Source: Dendrobates tinctorius (taxonomy: Eukaryota). Taken from it: DNA of 64,000 nt. This document shows positions 1-11,608 of this stretch, in pieces (within the stretch, counting starts at the first letter, position 1; each line of letters begins with the position of its first letter). Made by a program: the position numbers and the translations under genes. The notes under the pieces were generated by a model, which saw only the letters and a list, made by a program, of their open reading frames with translations, did no database searches and had not been told where the DNA came from. The DNA is taken from contig NW_027361671.1 in assembly GCF_039654945.1 (NCBI RefSeq), positions 49,538,001-49,602,000 of the forward strand, given 5' to 3'.

Positions 1-350
1 AGTATGATGGTCCCGTACAGCTCTAATTCAGTGTCATGGTTCCCCACACACCCCCATATAGTATGATGGTCCCCCCACAACCACAATACAATACGATGGT
101 GCCCCAATACAGTACGATGGTCTGGGAGAGACCATGCCACAATATATTATGATGGTCTCCCACAGTCCTAATACAGTATGATGATCACCATAGCCCCCTA
201 TATAGTATGACAGTCCTCCCAAAGGCTCCTATAGAGTATGATGGTCCCCCACAGGCACCAATATAGTATGATGGCCCCCCACAGGCACCAATACAGTACG
301 ATGGTCTGAACACAGGCCCCTATATAGTATGGTGGTCCCCAGAGCCCCAA
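1..350. repeat. Degenerate ~38-bp tagtatgatggtcccc minisatellite
   Basis: Recurrent (t)atagtatgatggtcccc motif; longer versions at ~13370-14115 and ~31190-31910. Confidence 0.8.
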
Positions 351-962
351 TACAGGATAGAAGCATACTGCAGCCTACAAGAGTAAGTGACGGAGTACGG
401 AGCTAGCGGCTCTGTGCTGCGTCACTGCTATTAACAGTACTAACGTATGAACAACGCCAATATAGTTAACAAAGTCGCAAAAGATGCAGATCGGCACATC
501 TGGCGTTTGCCAGAATTGCCAGATGGAAAAGCATCATTGGCCTGGTAGACCTGCATGCTATTTTCCTTCTTTAAATTTAGCACACCGACAGCTTTCAAAA
601 CGAGTTGTTCAGTAGTGAATAACCCCTTTAAAAACAGACATGCTGTCAACTGGATACAAACATGATGCAAAAAAAGGCCTAATTAACAATACTCCCTTAT
701 AAATACCTCAAAACAACAAAGAAAAGGGAAGTATACACCATTTAATAGAAAAGACAAAACGTTTATTAAATAGTACTCATTATACAATTAAAATGCAAAA
801 AACAGAGATACAAAATGCAAAGCAGCTCCCAGCAGCAAGGTATCTTTTAAATTAAATGTTGGATACAAACATGATTGTTGGTCTATGGTGGCTGCACACG
901 TGTATTTTCTATGTCAGAGAGCAGAGTAATAACACAAACTGCATTAAATAATTGCGCTCCAT

Positions 963-1292
963 GTTGCTATGACAGTCAAATGTCCAGCCAATCAGATGTC
1001 AGCATATAGTGGAAGATACAATATTTTCCATTATAGGGGGAGGGTATTATTATATAGATGTTTTATTATGCATTATTTTGATGAAGAAACATGTGAAAGT
1101 CAATAAATTCCTCCTAACATAATGCAATATATCATTATTAGTAATGATTGTATCCAAAAATAGTATTCGAAGACAGGTGCTCTTTAAATAATATGTGAAT
1201 ACGACCCTACAGCAAGTAGTTCTGCCCAGTGAGCGACGCATCACTAACTGCCGTATTATGTCATCATCCAAACATTCTAACTCTATGGCAAC
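963..1292 (+). promoter_or_regulatory. Candidate promoter motifs upstream of gene copy 1 (RFX X-box-like sites, CCAAT)
   Basis: GTTGCTATGACAG 963-975, CCAAT 988-992, CTATGGCAAC 1283-1292; retained in the other copies. Confidence 0.3.
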
Positions 1293-1383
1293 GAAACCGA
1301 CCGCTAGTAACAGTTTTAGTGACAGTGAAAAAGCGACACTACATATTCACTTTCTGTGAAAACCGAAATCGCTATCAGCTATA

Positions 1384-4300
1384 ATGACTGAAAGAAGGTC
1401 TGCTAGGACAAATAAAGGGGCCCGATACAAGAAATATGTATCCAACGGCCTGCTCGACATTTTATGCAAAAAGGAAAAACCTCGTAAGTGTAAAATGGAG
1501 ACATTAAAATTATTTTACAGTAAAATTCATTTAACGGGAATCTGGTCATTAGATAAATGCTTCCCGAGCTGTAGGCAGCATGAATCAGAGCTTGGCGGCA
1601 CCGCTGCAGCCAGATAGGTTTTTCCTGAAATGCTCCGGCAGATTTTCCCTGCACCACTCCTGTTGACTGAAAGGTCTCAAGTGTGTTAGCGAGTGATCTG
1701 TCAGTGACCTGGAGCGAGGACGTGAGAAGCCGGGAAGGTCACCGGAGGGCGACAGGGAAACGGACGGCTCTTTATATATACCATGTGATTTCAAACTCCA
1801 AACTGTTTTTAGAAAAAATCATACCTGGTTGCAGTCCGGCTCAGATTCATGCTACACGTGTTTGGGCACAGAGAATTAAGTGACAGGTTCCCTTTAATAT
1901 GGCATAAGAGCAGCCAGACAAGTGCCGGATTAACAGTTATTTGCTAACATCAATATACCTAGTAAAATAGATATTTTTTAGAAAAATGGAACAGCACATC
2001 ATTTAGTTAGGTTGAGAAAGGCTCATGTGAGGCGAAACGTCTCCAAGCCACGTGGGCCAAATAAAGTCCACTACATGTTTTTGGTAATGATGGAGCGCTG
2101 CTTCATTTTTTTTTTTACTTCTAGTAAAACAGATAGAAATTACTGATAAAGGGAGAAAACCTTCTGGAAGAAAGTCCAAGTTAAAATATATACCCCAAAT
2201 CAGCTGCTATCATTTCCTAAGCAGAAGGTTCTCCTAATATTCCATTTTCTCCACTTTTAGCTGTTCGGCGCATTAAACCAACAAATAGAAATGAGAGAAG
2301 AACCTTAAAATATTTCCTGGAACAGGCAGCAGTACTGCCTGAGATTGGAGAGCCGGGTACAGAAATAGAATGCACACTGTACTCCATGTAAGTCACCATT
2401 TGTATAATGCTACACCTGCTGTTACAGAGGGTTCATTACCTTATAAGTCCATGTATCAAGGAGAGATGGGGTTTTGTCTTTTAGGGAAGGTGCCATCAAA
2501 AAAAAAAATTTTCTCAACAACTAAAAAAATTTGAAGTCTTAATGTTTTCATTTAAAAAAAATATCAGTTGTTTTTAATCAAATATGAAAAATAATTTAAA
2601 AAGGGTCACACATTTCACTACTGCTCCCATGGAAGTGGACGGCGTGAGGTAACATATTACACCACTGCTCCCATAGAAGTGAAAGGAGTGGGGTCATGCA
2701 TTAGATCACTGTTCCCATAGATGTGGACAGAACGGAGATGCACATTACACCACTGCTCCCATAGAAGTCGACAGAGCGTAAATCACTCCACCGATATAAT
2801 TGGAAGGAGGGGATCACGCATTACACCACTGCTCCCTTAGAAATGTGTAACCATGGTCTGTCCACTTCTATGGGAGCAGTGCTGTAATAGAATAGATAAC
2901 TAAAATAAACGTCCTGTAAATATATAATTTAACAAGCCCTCTACATATAACAAACTTGCACCTTTTAGTGCCTTTCATGGAGCACTTAAAATGACATGGC
3001 GCCCCCTCACCCTTTTTACTGTAACCAGCAAGGGTAAAGCAGAGAGCCGGGGGCTTAGATTATCAGACTGGGAAGGTCCCTGGTTATTGGGCCCTTCCTA
3101 GCCTAAAAATACAAGCCCCAGAATTGGTGCATCACATTAGATGTGCCAATTCTGAAGCTTTGCCTAGCTCTTCCAAAAAACCCATGCAAGTCCTATTTCG
3201 TCCACAAAGGGAAACCTAGAAAAAATAAACAAGAGAAATAAAGACAAGACATTCTCCCTCATTCACCAATTTATTAGAAAATAAAAAGTTCCCATGCAGG
3301 TCCACCGTAATCCATGACTCTCCCACGACTATCCCAGATTCTGACGTCTAAAGGCTATGGAGCCTCATTCAGAGAATAAAGATTCATAGGCTGTAGCAGC
3401 AGCCTCTCTGGGACCCGCTGAAATCATTGAGAAGCGGCGGCTGTGATGAGCAGTGACGTCAGTAACTACACCACTCATGAGAGTGGCTGATCCTCTGTAT
3501 AATGGTCCCATATAGTGCTCCACAGTATAAAGACCTCATATAGTGCACCACAGTATAATTGCGGCTCTACATAGTGCCCTACAGTATACTGGCCCCATAC
3601 AGTGCAATACAGTATACTAGCCCCGTATAGTGCGCTATAGAATAAAGGCCTCATAAAGTGCCCTACAGTATCATGGCCCCATACAGGACCCTACAGTATC
3701 ATGGCCCCATATAGTACCCTACAGTATCATGGCCCCATATCGTGCCCTACAGTATCATGGCCCCATATAGTACCCTACAGTATCATGGCCCCATACAACG
3801 TTCCACAGTATAATGGCTCCTTATAGTGCCCTACAATATAATGGCCCCATATAGTGCCTGACAGTATAATGGCCCTATATGGTGCCCTACGGTATAGTGG
3901 ACCCATATATTACCCTACAATACAATAGCTGCATATAGCACCCTACAGTAAAATAACTCCATATAGTGCCCTAGAGCATGATGGCCTCATGTAGTGACCT
4001 ACAGTAAAATATCCCCATATAGTGCGCCATACTATAAGGTGCCCCACAGTATAATGGCCCTATAGTGTGTTCTACAGTACAATGGTCTCATATAGTGCTC
4101 CACAGTATAATGTGATTGTCTAATCTAAATAGAGAGGAGATTGAGGCCGAGCTTAAGAAACCAGCAAGAAAATTTAAGGAGCCCAGATCACCCGACCCGT
4201 GAGTAACGTGATGGCACCAGCCATACACTAAAAGTTAAACTTAATATATTATTTTTTGTCTGTTAATCACGTACAATGTCAGGACTTCGTTCTGTTTTTG

Positions 4301-4408
4301 TTGTTTTTTTACAGGCCAGAAAATCAAAACGAGGAGATTGACTCAGGGACAGCAGCTGATACGAGCAGCCAGCCGCCCCCCAAGAAAAAAGCGAAAAAGA
4401 ACCATTAG
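1384..4408 (+). CDS. Spliced 128-aa putative nuclear protein, copy 1; join(1384..1483,2261..2387,4133..4198,4315..4408)
   Basis: ATG with A at -3. Donors CTC|gtaagt, CAT|gtaagt, CCC|gtgagt; acceptors ccacttttag, ctaaatag, ttttttacag. Phases 1/2/2 join to 387 nt: MTERRSARTNKGARYKKYVSNGLLDILCKKEKPPVRRIKPTNRNERRTLKYFLEQAAVLPEIGEPGTEIECTLYSIEEIEAELKKPARKFKEPRSPDPPENQNEEIDSGTAADTSSQPPPKKKAKKNH*. Confidence 0.75.
1980..2115 (+). mobile_element. Short Penelope-like remnant in intron 1 with a degenerate hammerhead-type motif
   Basis: TTGAGAA-A-GGCTC-atgt-GAGGC-GAAACGTC at 2012-2041; weakly inverted flanks; also at ~15785 and ~33575. Confidence 0.4.
3500..4110. repeat. 28-bp minisatellite in intron 2 (ccctacagtatcatggccccatatagta)
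   Basis: Period 28 (3661, 3689); unit number varies between copies (~17500-18230, ~35170-35980). Confidence 0.9.
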
Positions 4409-4691
4409 TGATGAGGTAATATAGAGCGCCGATATCTTAATTTTTGTATGGGTGAGGAGAGAGGAGGATCACTATATATTAGCCCTTTTAGATTGATAAT
4501 TGGGGAATATAGTCTCATAAAAATATTACAAGTATAAACATAAACAGAAAAGGTATTTCACAGAAGACAGATTGGGAATGAGGAAACACAAAATAATGAC
4601 ATGCTACATATTGTAACAAAGACTGACACATCACAGTGGTCAGGAATGGTACAAAGAACCATAATTATATATTTTTCTTTTCTTGTTTTAG

Positions 4692-6925
4692 ATGGGGACT
4701 GCCTCCACCATTCACCTACAACCAACCCCCCAAAATGAGCTCCAACCCTTTACTACCTACCAGCCCCCATCTATGTCGAACTACCATCAACTAACTTCAC
4801 CTACCACTAATTCCTACCTCATGCAAGCAAATATGACCAGCTACCATCATCAACGACTAAGAAGTGCCACGTATTTCCTCAAGATGTGACCACCAGCCAG
4901 CAACATCTTTGGCCGTCCTCCACCCGCCAGCAACATCTGTGGCCGTCCTCCACCCGCCAGCAACATCTGTGGCCGTCCTCCACCCGACAGCAACATCTGT
5001 GGCCGTCCTCCACCCGACAGCAACATCTGTGGCCGTCCTCCACCCGCCAGCAACATCTGTGGCCGCCCTCCACCCGCCAGCAACATCTGTGGCCGCCCTC
5101 CACCCGCCAGCAACATCTGTGGCCGCCCTCCACCCGCCAGCAACATCTTTGGCCGCCCTCCACCCGCCAGCAACATCTGTGGCCGCCCTTCACCCGCCAG
5201 CAACATCTTTGGCCGTCCTCCACCCGCCAGCAACATCTTTGGCCGTCCTCCACCCGCCAGCAACATCTTTGGCCGTCCTCCACCCGCCAGCAGCATCTTT
5301 GGCCGTCCTTCACCCGCCAGCAACATCTTTGGCCGTCCTCCACCCGCCAGCAACATCTTTGGCCGTCCTCCACCCGCCAGCAACATCTTTGGCCGTCCTC
5401 CACCCGCCAGCAACATCTTTGGCCGTCTTCCACCCGCCAGCAACATCTTTGGCCGTCCTCCACCCGCCAGCAACATCTTTGGCCGTCCTCCACCCGCCAG
5501 CAACATCTTTGGCCGTCCTCCACCCGCCAGCAACATCTTTGGCCGTCCTCCACCCGCCAGCAACATCTTTGGCCGTCCTCCACCCGCCAGCAACATCTTT
5601 GGCCGTCCTCCACCCGCCAGCAACATCTTTGGCCGTCCTCCACCCGCCAGCAACATCTTTGGCCGTCCTCCACCCGCCAGCAACATCTTTTGGCCGTCCT
5701 CCACCCGCCAGCAACATCTAGTGCAATCCTCCACCGGTCAGCAACATCTAGGGCCATCCTCCACCCGCCAGTAACATCTAGGGCGATCCTTCACCCGCCA
5801 GCAACATCTAGGGCTATCCTCCACCCGCCAGCAACATCTAGGGCTATCCTCCACCCGCCAGCAACATCTAGGGCTATCCTCCACCAGCCAGCAACATCTA
5901 GGGTTATCCTCCACCCGCCAGCAACATCTAGGGCTATCCTCCACCCGGCAGCAACATCTAGGGCCATCCTCCACACGCCAGCAACATTTAGGGCTATCCT
6001 CCACCCGCCAGCAACATCTAGGGCTATCCTCCACCCGCCAGCAACATCTAGGGCTATCCTGCACCGGCCAGCAACATCAAGGGCTATCCTCCACCTGCAA
6101 GCAACATCTAGGGCTATCCTCCACCCGCCAGCAACATCTAGGGCTATCCTCCACTCGCCAGCAACATCTAGGGCTATCCTCCACCCGCCAGCAACATCTA
6201 AGGCTATCCTCCACCCGCCAGCAACATCTAGGGCTATCCTCCACCCGCCAGCAACATCTAGGGCTATCCTCCACCCGCCAGCAACATCTAGGGATATCCT
6301 CCACCCGCCAGCAACCTCAAGGGCTATCCTCCACCCGAAAGCAACATCTACAGCTATCTTCCACGAGTCAGCAACATCTAGGGATATTCTACACCCGCCA
6401 GCAACATCTAGGGCTATCCTCCACCCGCCAACAACATCTAGGGCTATCCTCCACCAGCCAGCAACATCTAGGGTTATCCTCCACCCGCCAGCAACATCTA
6501 GGGCTATCCTCCACCCGGCAGCAACATATAGGGCCATCCTCCACACGCCAGCAACATCTAGGGCTATCCTGCACCGGCCAGCAACATCAAGGGCTATCCT
6601 CCACCTGCAAGCAACATCTAGGGCTATCCTCCACCCGCCAGCAACATCTAGGGCTATCCTCCACTCGCCAGCAACATCTAGGGATATCCTCCACCCGCCA
6701 GCAACATCTAAGGCTATCCTCCACCCGCCAGCAACATCTAGGGCTATCCTCCACCCGCCAGCAACATCTAGGGCTATCCTCCACCCGCCAGCAACCTCAA
6801 GGGCTATCCTCCACCCGCCATCAACATTTAGGTCTAGCCTTTACCCGCCAGCAACATCTACGGCTATTCTTTACCCGCCAGCAACATCTACGGCTATGTA
6901 TTAAACAATTGAAAAAATGTACTGT
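4692..6925 (+). other. Putative terminal 3'UTR exon of gene copy 1 (equivalents start at 18821 and 36571)
   Basis: Donor GAG|gtaat at 4416, 7 nt after the stop. Strong acceptor ttttcttttcttgttttag before 4692. ATTAAA at 6900-6905 followed by a T/G-rich tract (20158 and 37399 in the other copies). Confidence 0.55.
4891..6895. repeat. 30-bp minisatellite, ~67 units (cacccgccagcaacatctttggccgtcctc / cacccgccagcaacatctagggctatcctc)
   Basis: Exact 30-bp periodicity; one 1-bp insertion at ~5691. Confidence 0.98.
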
Positions 6926-7016
6926 ATTATAGTTTTAGTTTAAAAAAAAAAAAAAAAAAATTTATACCAGGAAAACAAAAAACATGATAATTTTAAAAGG
7001 TTTGCTATTTTCGACT

Positions 7017-9929
7017 TTAGACCACTTACTGCCAGCTGACAGAATAGTACGTCAGCTGGCAGTGTCCCACGCTTTGAGGTGGGCTGCGGTGGTGAGCCCA
7101 ACTCAAAGCCCCAACATGTCAGCTGTTTTCAACAGCTGACATGTGCCCGCAATAGGAGCGAACAGAAACGCGATCCGCCCACGCCTATTAATTAGTTAAA
7201 TGCTGCTGTCAAACTCTGACAGGGGGCATTTAACTGTATTTCCGGACGCTGGTCTGGAAACACACACAGCGACGACCCCTGTCACGTGATCGGCGGGGTC
7301 ATCGCTGCGCTGCCATCACAACCAGAGGTCTCATCGAGACGTCTATGGCTGTTGATGGCAGATTACTATGAGCGCCACTCTGTGGTTGGCACTCATAGCA
7401 AGTCTGTAATTCTGCTGCATAGAGGTGATCTGAGCATCACCTCTACACTCCCTGACAGAAGTTATGTCGCTTATCCATGTTATGTAAATAAAAGCTTATA
7501 ACCGGACGTTAAATTCATCCATTGGTTGTATAAAATATTCTTTTGAAAGCTGAAACCATCTCAAACGTGGTTTAGGTTAAAAAAATAATTTGGCATGAAT
7601 GCAGAAATATTGATCATTTAATGGACACAGAATGGTCAGATTTTGGCAAGACAAAAGTTTTGTCGGCCACAGAAAGTTATGTGATATTCAAACAAATAAT
7701 TAACTTAAAATACAAATATATGTTGCATTACATTGGTGAATGAAGTTGTGGTGCTATTAGAGTCATATGTAATATTTAGTGTGACTTCCATGAGCATGAA
7801 GGGCTGCATCCATGCGATTCAACAATGATTCATACAATTTATTAATGAAGTCATCAGGAATAGCAAAGAATGCAGTCTTTCAAGCCTTTCAGAGTTCATC
7901 TAGATTCTTTGCTTTTGTCTTCCCAGCTTCCTCTTTCATCCTACCCCAAACATGCTCAATGATGTTCATGTCTAGTGACTGGGCTGGCCCGTCATTGAGC
8001 ACCTTGATCTTTTTTGCCTGGATGAACTTTGTTGTAGAGATGGAGCATCATCCTGCTGCAGAATTTGACCCCTTTCATTATTTGGAATATAAGAGGTAGC
8101 TAGTACTTCTTGATATTTTAGGCTACTGAGATTGCCTTTCACCTTGCAAATGTTTCGCACCCCCCAAATAATGAATCTAACCCCAGACTATGATCTTTTC
8201 ACCAACAAATTTAACTGTTTTACTGTTTTCTGGGTGTACTTTGGATCCATATGGACTCCTGTAGGTCTCCTGCAGTAGTTGCGGCAGCTGTGATGTAATT
8301 CTACTGAAGAGTCATCAAAGAATTCCACCTTCTGCCACTTTACCAGCGTCCATCTGTTTACCAGGCTGTGGGACTTTGCAAATGCCCCACAGTTTTTTAT
8401 TTGCCCTTTATTTAGTGCTGGCTTCTGGGGACTGATTCGACCATGGAGACCCTTTTGAGACAGAATCCTACAAACTGCTCTAGTTGACTCAGGGACTTGA
8501 CGTGACCAGGCCTGTTGGAGCTCTGCTGCAGTGGAAGAGGGGCTTGCTTTGGATTTCCTAAACAAGCAGCGTTCCTCTTGAGCAGCTGTCTTGCGGGGTC
8601 TGCCGAACCTGGGCTTGTCAAACATCTCCAGTCTCTTCGAATCTTTTTTTAATTCTTTGTACTTGACACTGAGACACATTTAAGGTGCCAGCCACCTCTG
8701 CAGTGGATCTGATCTTCAGCCTCTTGATAATCCAGGCTTTGGTCACAGGCTGGATTTTTGGCATGTTCTCAGAGCTCAAGTTGCAGCTCAAGTGAAGGTC
8801 TGGGGTGCTGGGTTTCTTTTTATACACACCCACTAATTAACAGATCATTTACTAAGCACAGGTGAGGATGTAAACTAGGATTGGGTGTATTGTATGACCA
8901 GGCGACAAAACTTTTGTCTTGCCAAAATCTGACCATTCTGTGTCCATTAAATGATTCTGCATTGATGCCAATTTATTTTCTTAACCGAAACCACATTTCG
9001 GAAGGTTTCAGATTTCAAAAGAATAAATTATATAACCAATGGATGAATTTAACGTCAGGTTATAAGCTTTTATTTACCTAACATGGATAAGCGCCATAAC
9101 TGCTGTCAGGGAGTGTATGTAGCAGAGGCGATCGCGCTATGGCAGCTTCTAACCTCCTATAAACACTATTGAAGCATGCCAAAAGTAAAAAAAAAAAAAA
9201 AAGGTTTAAAAATATAAAAATGAAAAAACAAAACAAATTCAAATGACCCCCCTTTCGCTGCATTCAGAATTGCCCGATCTATCAATAAAAAAAAAAAAAA
9301 AAAAAACCTGATCGCTAAACAGCGTAATGATAAAAAAGCCAGAATTAATAGAATTACTTTTTTTGGTTGCCGCGACATTGCGTTAAATGCGATAACGGGC
9401 AATTAAAAGAACGAATCTGCACAAAAGTGCTATCGTTAAAGACGTCAAATCAGTACGCAAAACATAAACCAACACCCAACCCGAGATAACAAAAATGGAG
9501 ACGCTAAGGGTCTCGGAAAAATGCAAAAAATTTTTTTGGCAAAATTTGGAATTCTTTTTAGAAAAATTTGGAATTTTTTTTCACCACTTAGATAAAAGAG
9601 AACCTACACATGCTTGGTGTCTATGAACTTATAATGACCTGGAAAATCATAATTGCAGGTCAGTTTTAGCATTTAGTGAACCTAGCAAAAAACCCAAACA
9701 ATAAACAAGTGTGGGATTGCACTTTTTTGCAATTTCACTGCACTTGGAATTTTTTTTCCTGTTTTCGAGTACACGACATGGTAAAATCAATGGCTTTGTT
9801 CAAAAGTACAACTCGTCCCGCAAAAAAAAAGCCCTCACACAGTCATATTGACGGAAAAATAAAAAAGTTATGGCTTTGGAAAGTAGGGGAGCGAAAAATA
9901 GAAAAAAGCTCCGGTCATGAAGGAGTTAA
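7017..9929. mobile_element. Non-autonomous TTAA-target (piggyBac-type) MITE interrupted by Tc1; equivalents at ~20265-22912 and ~37511-38855
   Basis: Right end catgaagg(a/g)gTTAA; degenerate left end; shares blocks (gtcagctg..cagctgac hairpin) in reverse orientation with the element from 59332. Confidence 0.7.
7446..9115 (-). mobile_element. Tc1-like transposon with decayed transposase
   Basis: TA|CACTCCCTGACAG...CTGTCAGGGAGTG|TA with long TIRs; minus-strand fragments MPKIQPVTKAWIIKRL, GRPRKT, ILQQDDAP. Confidence 0.93.
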
Positions 9930-10059
9930 ACATGGAAGCAGGTGGCGAAATTTGCCTTGGAAACCTGCCATCTCCCAAATGGGCTTTAGACAGGAGGCAC
10001 TGCAGGCTGTATCCTACATGACTGGCAATAGATATGCAGGACTGCAGGCTGAATGACAC

Positions 10060-10432
10060 ATAATGAGATTAGATACATTGCTCTGTGAGCTGTATCACAC
10101 ATGATGGGATTATATTCACGGCTGTGAGCTGTATCACACATGATGGGATTATATTCACGGCTCTGTGAGCTGTATCACACATGATGGGATTATATTCACG
10201 GCTCTGTGAGCTGTATCACACATGATAGGATTAGATACATGGCTCTGTGAGCTGTATCACACATGATGGGATTAGATACATGGCTCTGTGAGCTGTATCA
10301 CACATGATGGGATTATATTCACGGCTCTGTGAGCTGTATCACACATGATGGGATTATATTTGCGGCTCTGTGGGATTTATCACACATGAATGGATTATAT
10401 ACGTGGCTCTCTGCGCTGTATCACACATGATG
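10060..10432. repeat. 41-bp minisatellite (gctctgtgagctgtatcacacatgatgggattatattcacg); also ~23050-23460 and ~39124-39645
   Basis: Period 41; reverse-complement relative of 54240-55395. Confidence 0.92.
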
Positions 10433-11099
10433 AGCATTAGAGACTGTAAGACACTGCAGGAGATCATATACAAGGGTCATTACTTGTACCCTAGGATGTG
10501 CATCGAAATATACTGAACCCACACAAGAGCATTGTAATTACAGCAACAGATGTGGCTACAATGCAAAATAAAAGAGAGTGTGGACTTGGTCAATCAATCT
10601 ATTTGACCAAGTTAGATTTAGGAAAACCTAACATGGGCTTTTATTTTTGGAGAGATCAGTAGGTAGATACTGGGATGGATCTCTCACTCCAGTTTGGGTC
10701 TTGGGATTTGCCCATGTCCATGAGTCCCATTTAAACTTTCAGGTAAGGTTAGGGTGTGTCAGTATTTGGTTTTGCAAGCACACAGCCGAAGCTCTATGTA
10801 TGTTTGGTCTGTGTGAGACTGAACACAGGTCACAGCCAGAGAAAGCAAAGCCATTGCCTCACCCACGAGCTACACGGTGGAGTAGTCGCCCTCAGCAATG
10901 GACTAATACGGACTGTTACGGACAATGCGGCTGCGAACGGAGGATAACGTTTGAGGATATTTTCGTAAATTGCCAAAATAAAGACATTTAAGTTGAACTA
11001 TCTTGGGTCACTGCCTCATTACTGCACTGACATGAAAGCCATTGCATTACGTATGGTTGAGAATTCATGCAGTGTAAACTAAGGGAAGCCTTGAAGAAA

Positions 11100-11608
11100 G
11101 CTGAAGGTCCATGGACAGGATGGAGGAACTCCTGAGGCAATTGTTCCCCTCCCATACGCAGCAACAACAGCAGCAGCAGTTTCTGGAGCAACAATAACAG
11201 CAGCAGTAGACTATCCACCTGATTCTGCAGTAGACTGCAGCACTGGGAGAGACTCTCCCACCGCCGACCCCGATTTGTCCCGAGGCCCGGGACGTCAAGT
11301 CTGCACTGAGAAAGATGAGCTAGGAGGGCGACATGTAAGCTTTCTACTCCGTGTTTGAATATACTGCGGAGTGGGATAACTTGCCGCTCTCCCAGTGGGC
11401 TGAAGTGGTGGCCCCGTTCCTGATGGGGGTGCCCAGAAGGCTTACTTTGACCTCAGTCGGGAGGCCGCCAAGGACTATGGGAAACTCAAAGGGTAGGTCC
11501 TTGCCTGACTGGGGGTTAAGACATAGGTACGGGCACAACAAGTGTACCAGTGGTCCTTTGTGGAAGCACGACCTGCTAAGTCCCAGACATATGACTTATT
11601 ACAGCTAG
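11100..11608 (+). pseudogene. Decayed Gmr1-like Ty3/Gypsy gag (SCAN-type) fragment, truncated at the duplication junction
   Basis: Frameshifted pieces VFEYTAEWDNLPLSQWAEVVAPFL, QKAYFDLSREAAKDYGKLKG, QWSFVEARPAKSQTYDLLQL; continues in copy 3 as LAKKWFQPETLCPAQIVERVVVD. Confidence 0.75.

Larger units (their letters stand above)
1..11608 (+). repeat. Tandem segmental duplication unit, copy 1 (5' part lies outside the window)
   Basis: Position 1 aligns with 13567 and 31390; collinear throughout. Confidence 0.95.

Noticed and set aside
1484-1617. Unspliced 77-aa ORF 1384..1617 as the gene product
   Set aside because: It reads through a consensus gtaagt donor, and its stop is lost in copy 2; the spliced model is the same in all copies
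2125-2233. Alternative acceptor at 2125 (ttttacttctag) giving KQIEITDKGRKPSGRKSK
   Set aside because: In phase with exon 1 but hits TAA before any convincing donor; at most a minor NMD isoform
4850-6784. Long minus-strand ORFs (MLLAGGGRPK, RCCWRVEDGQ, DVAGGWR repeats)
   Set aside because: By-products of a 30-bp unit lacking stops; no unique flanking coding sequence or splice support
4891-6895. CRISPR-like regular arrays (30-, 41- and 43-bp repeats)
   Set aside because: Contiguous tandem units with no unique spacers, no cas genes, eukaryotic context
2484-10432. Exons 3-5 captured inside a T2 MITE starting at ~2484
   Set aside because: No matching second terminus (GGCACCTTCCCT) found in the unit
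10988-11298. Poly-Leu and poly-Cys ORFs
   Set aside because: Antisense readings of a CAG/CAA tract in the gag relic
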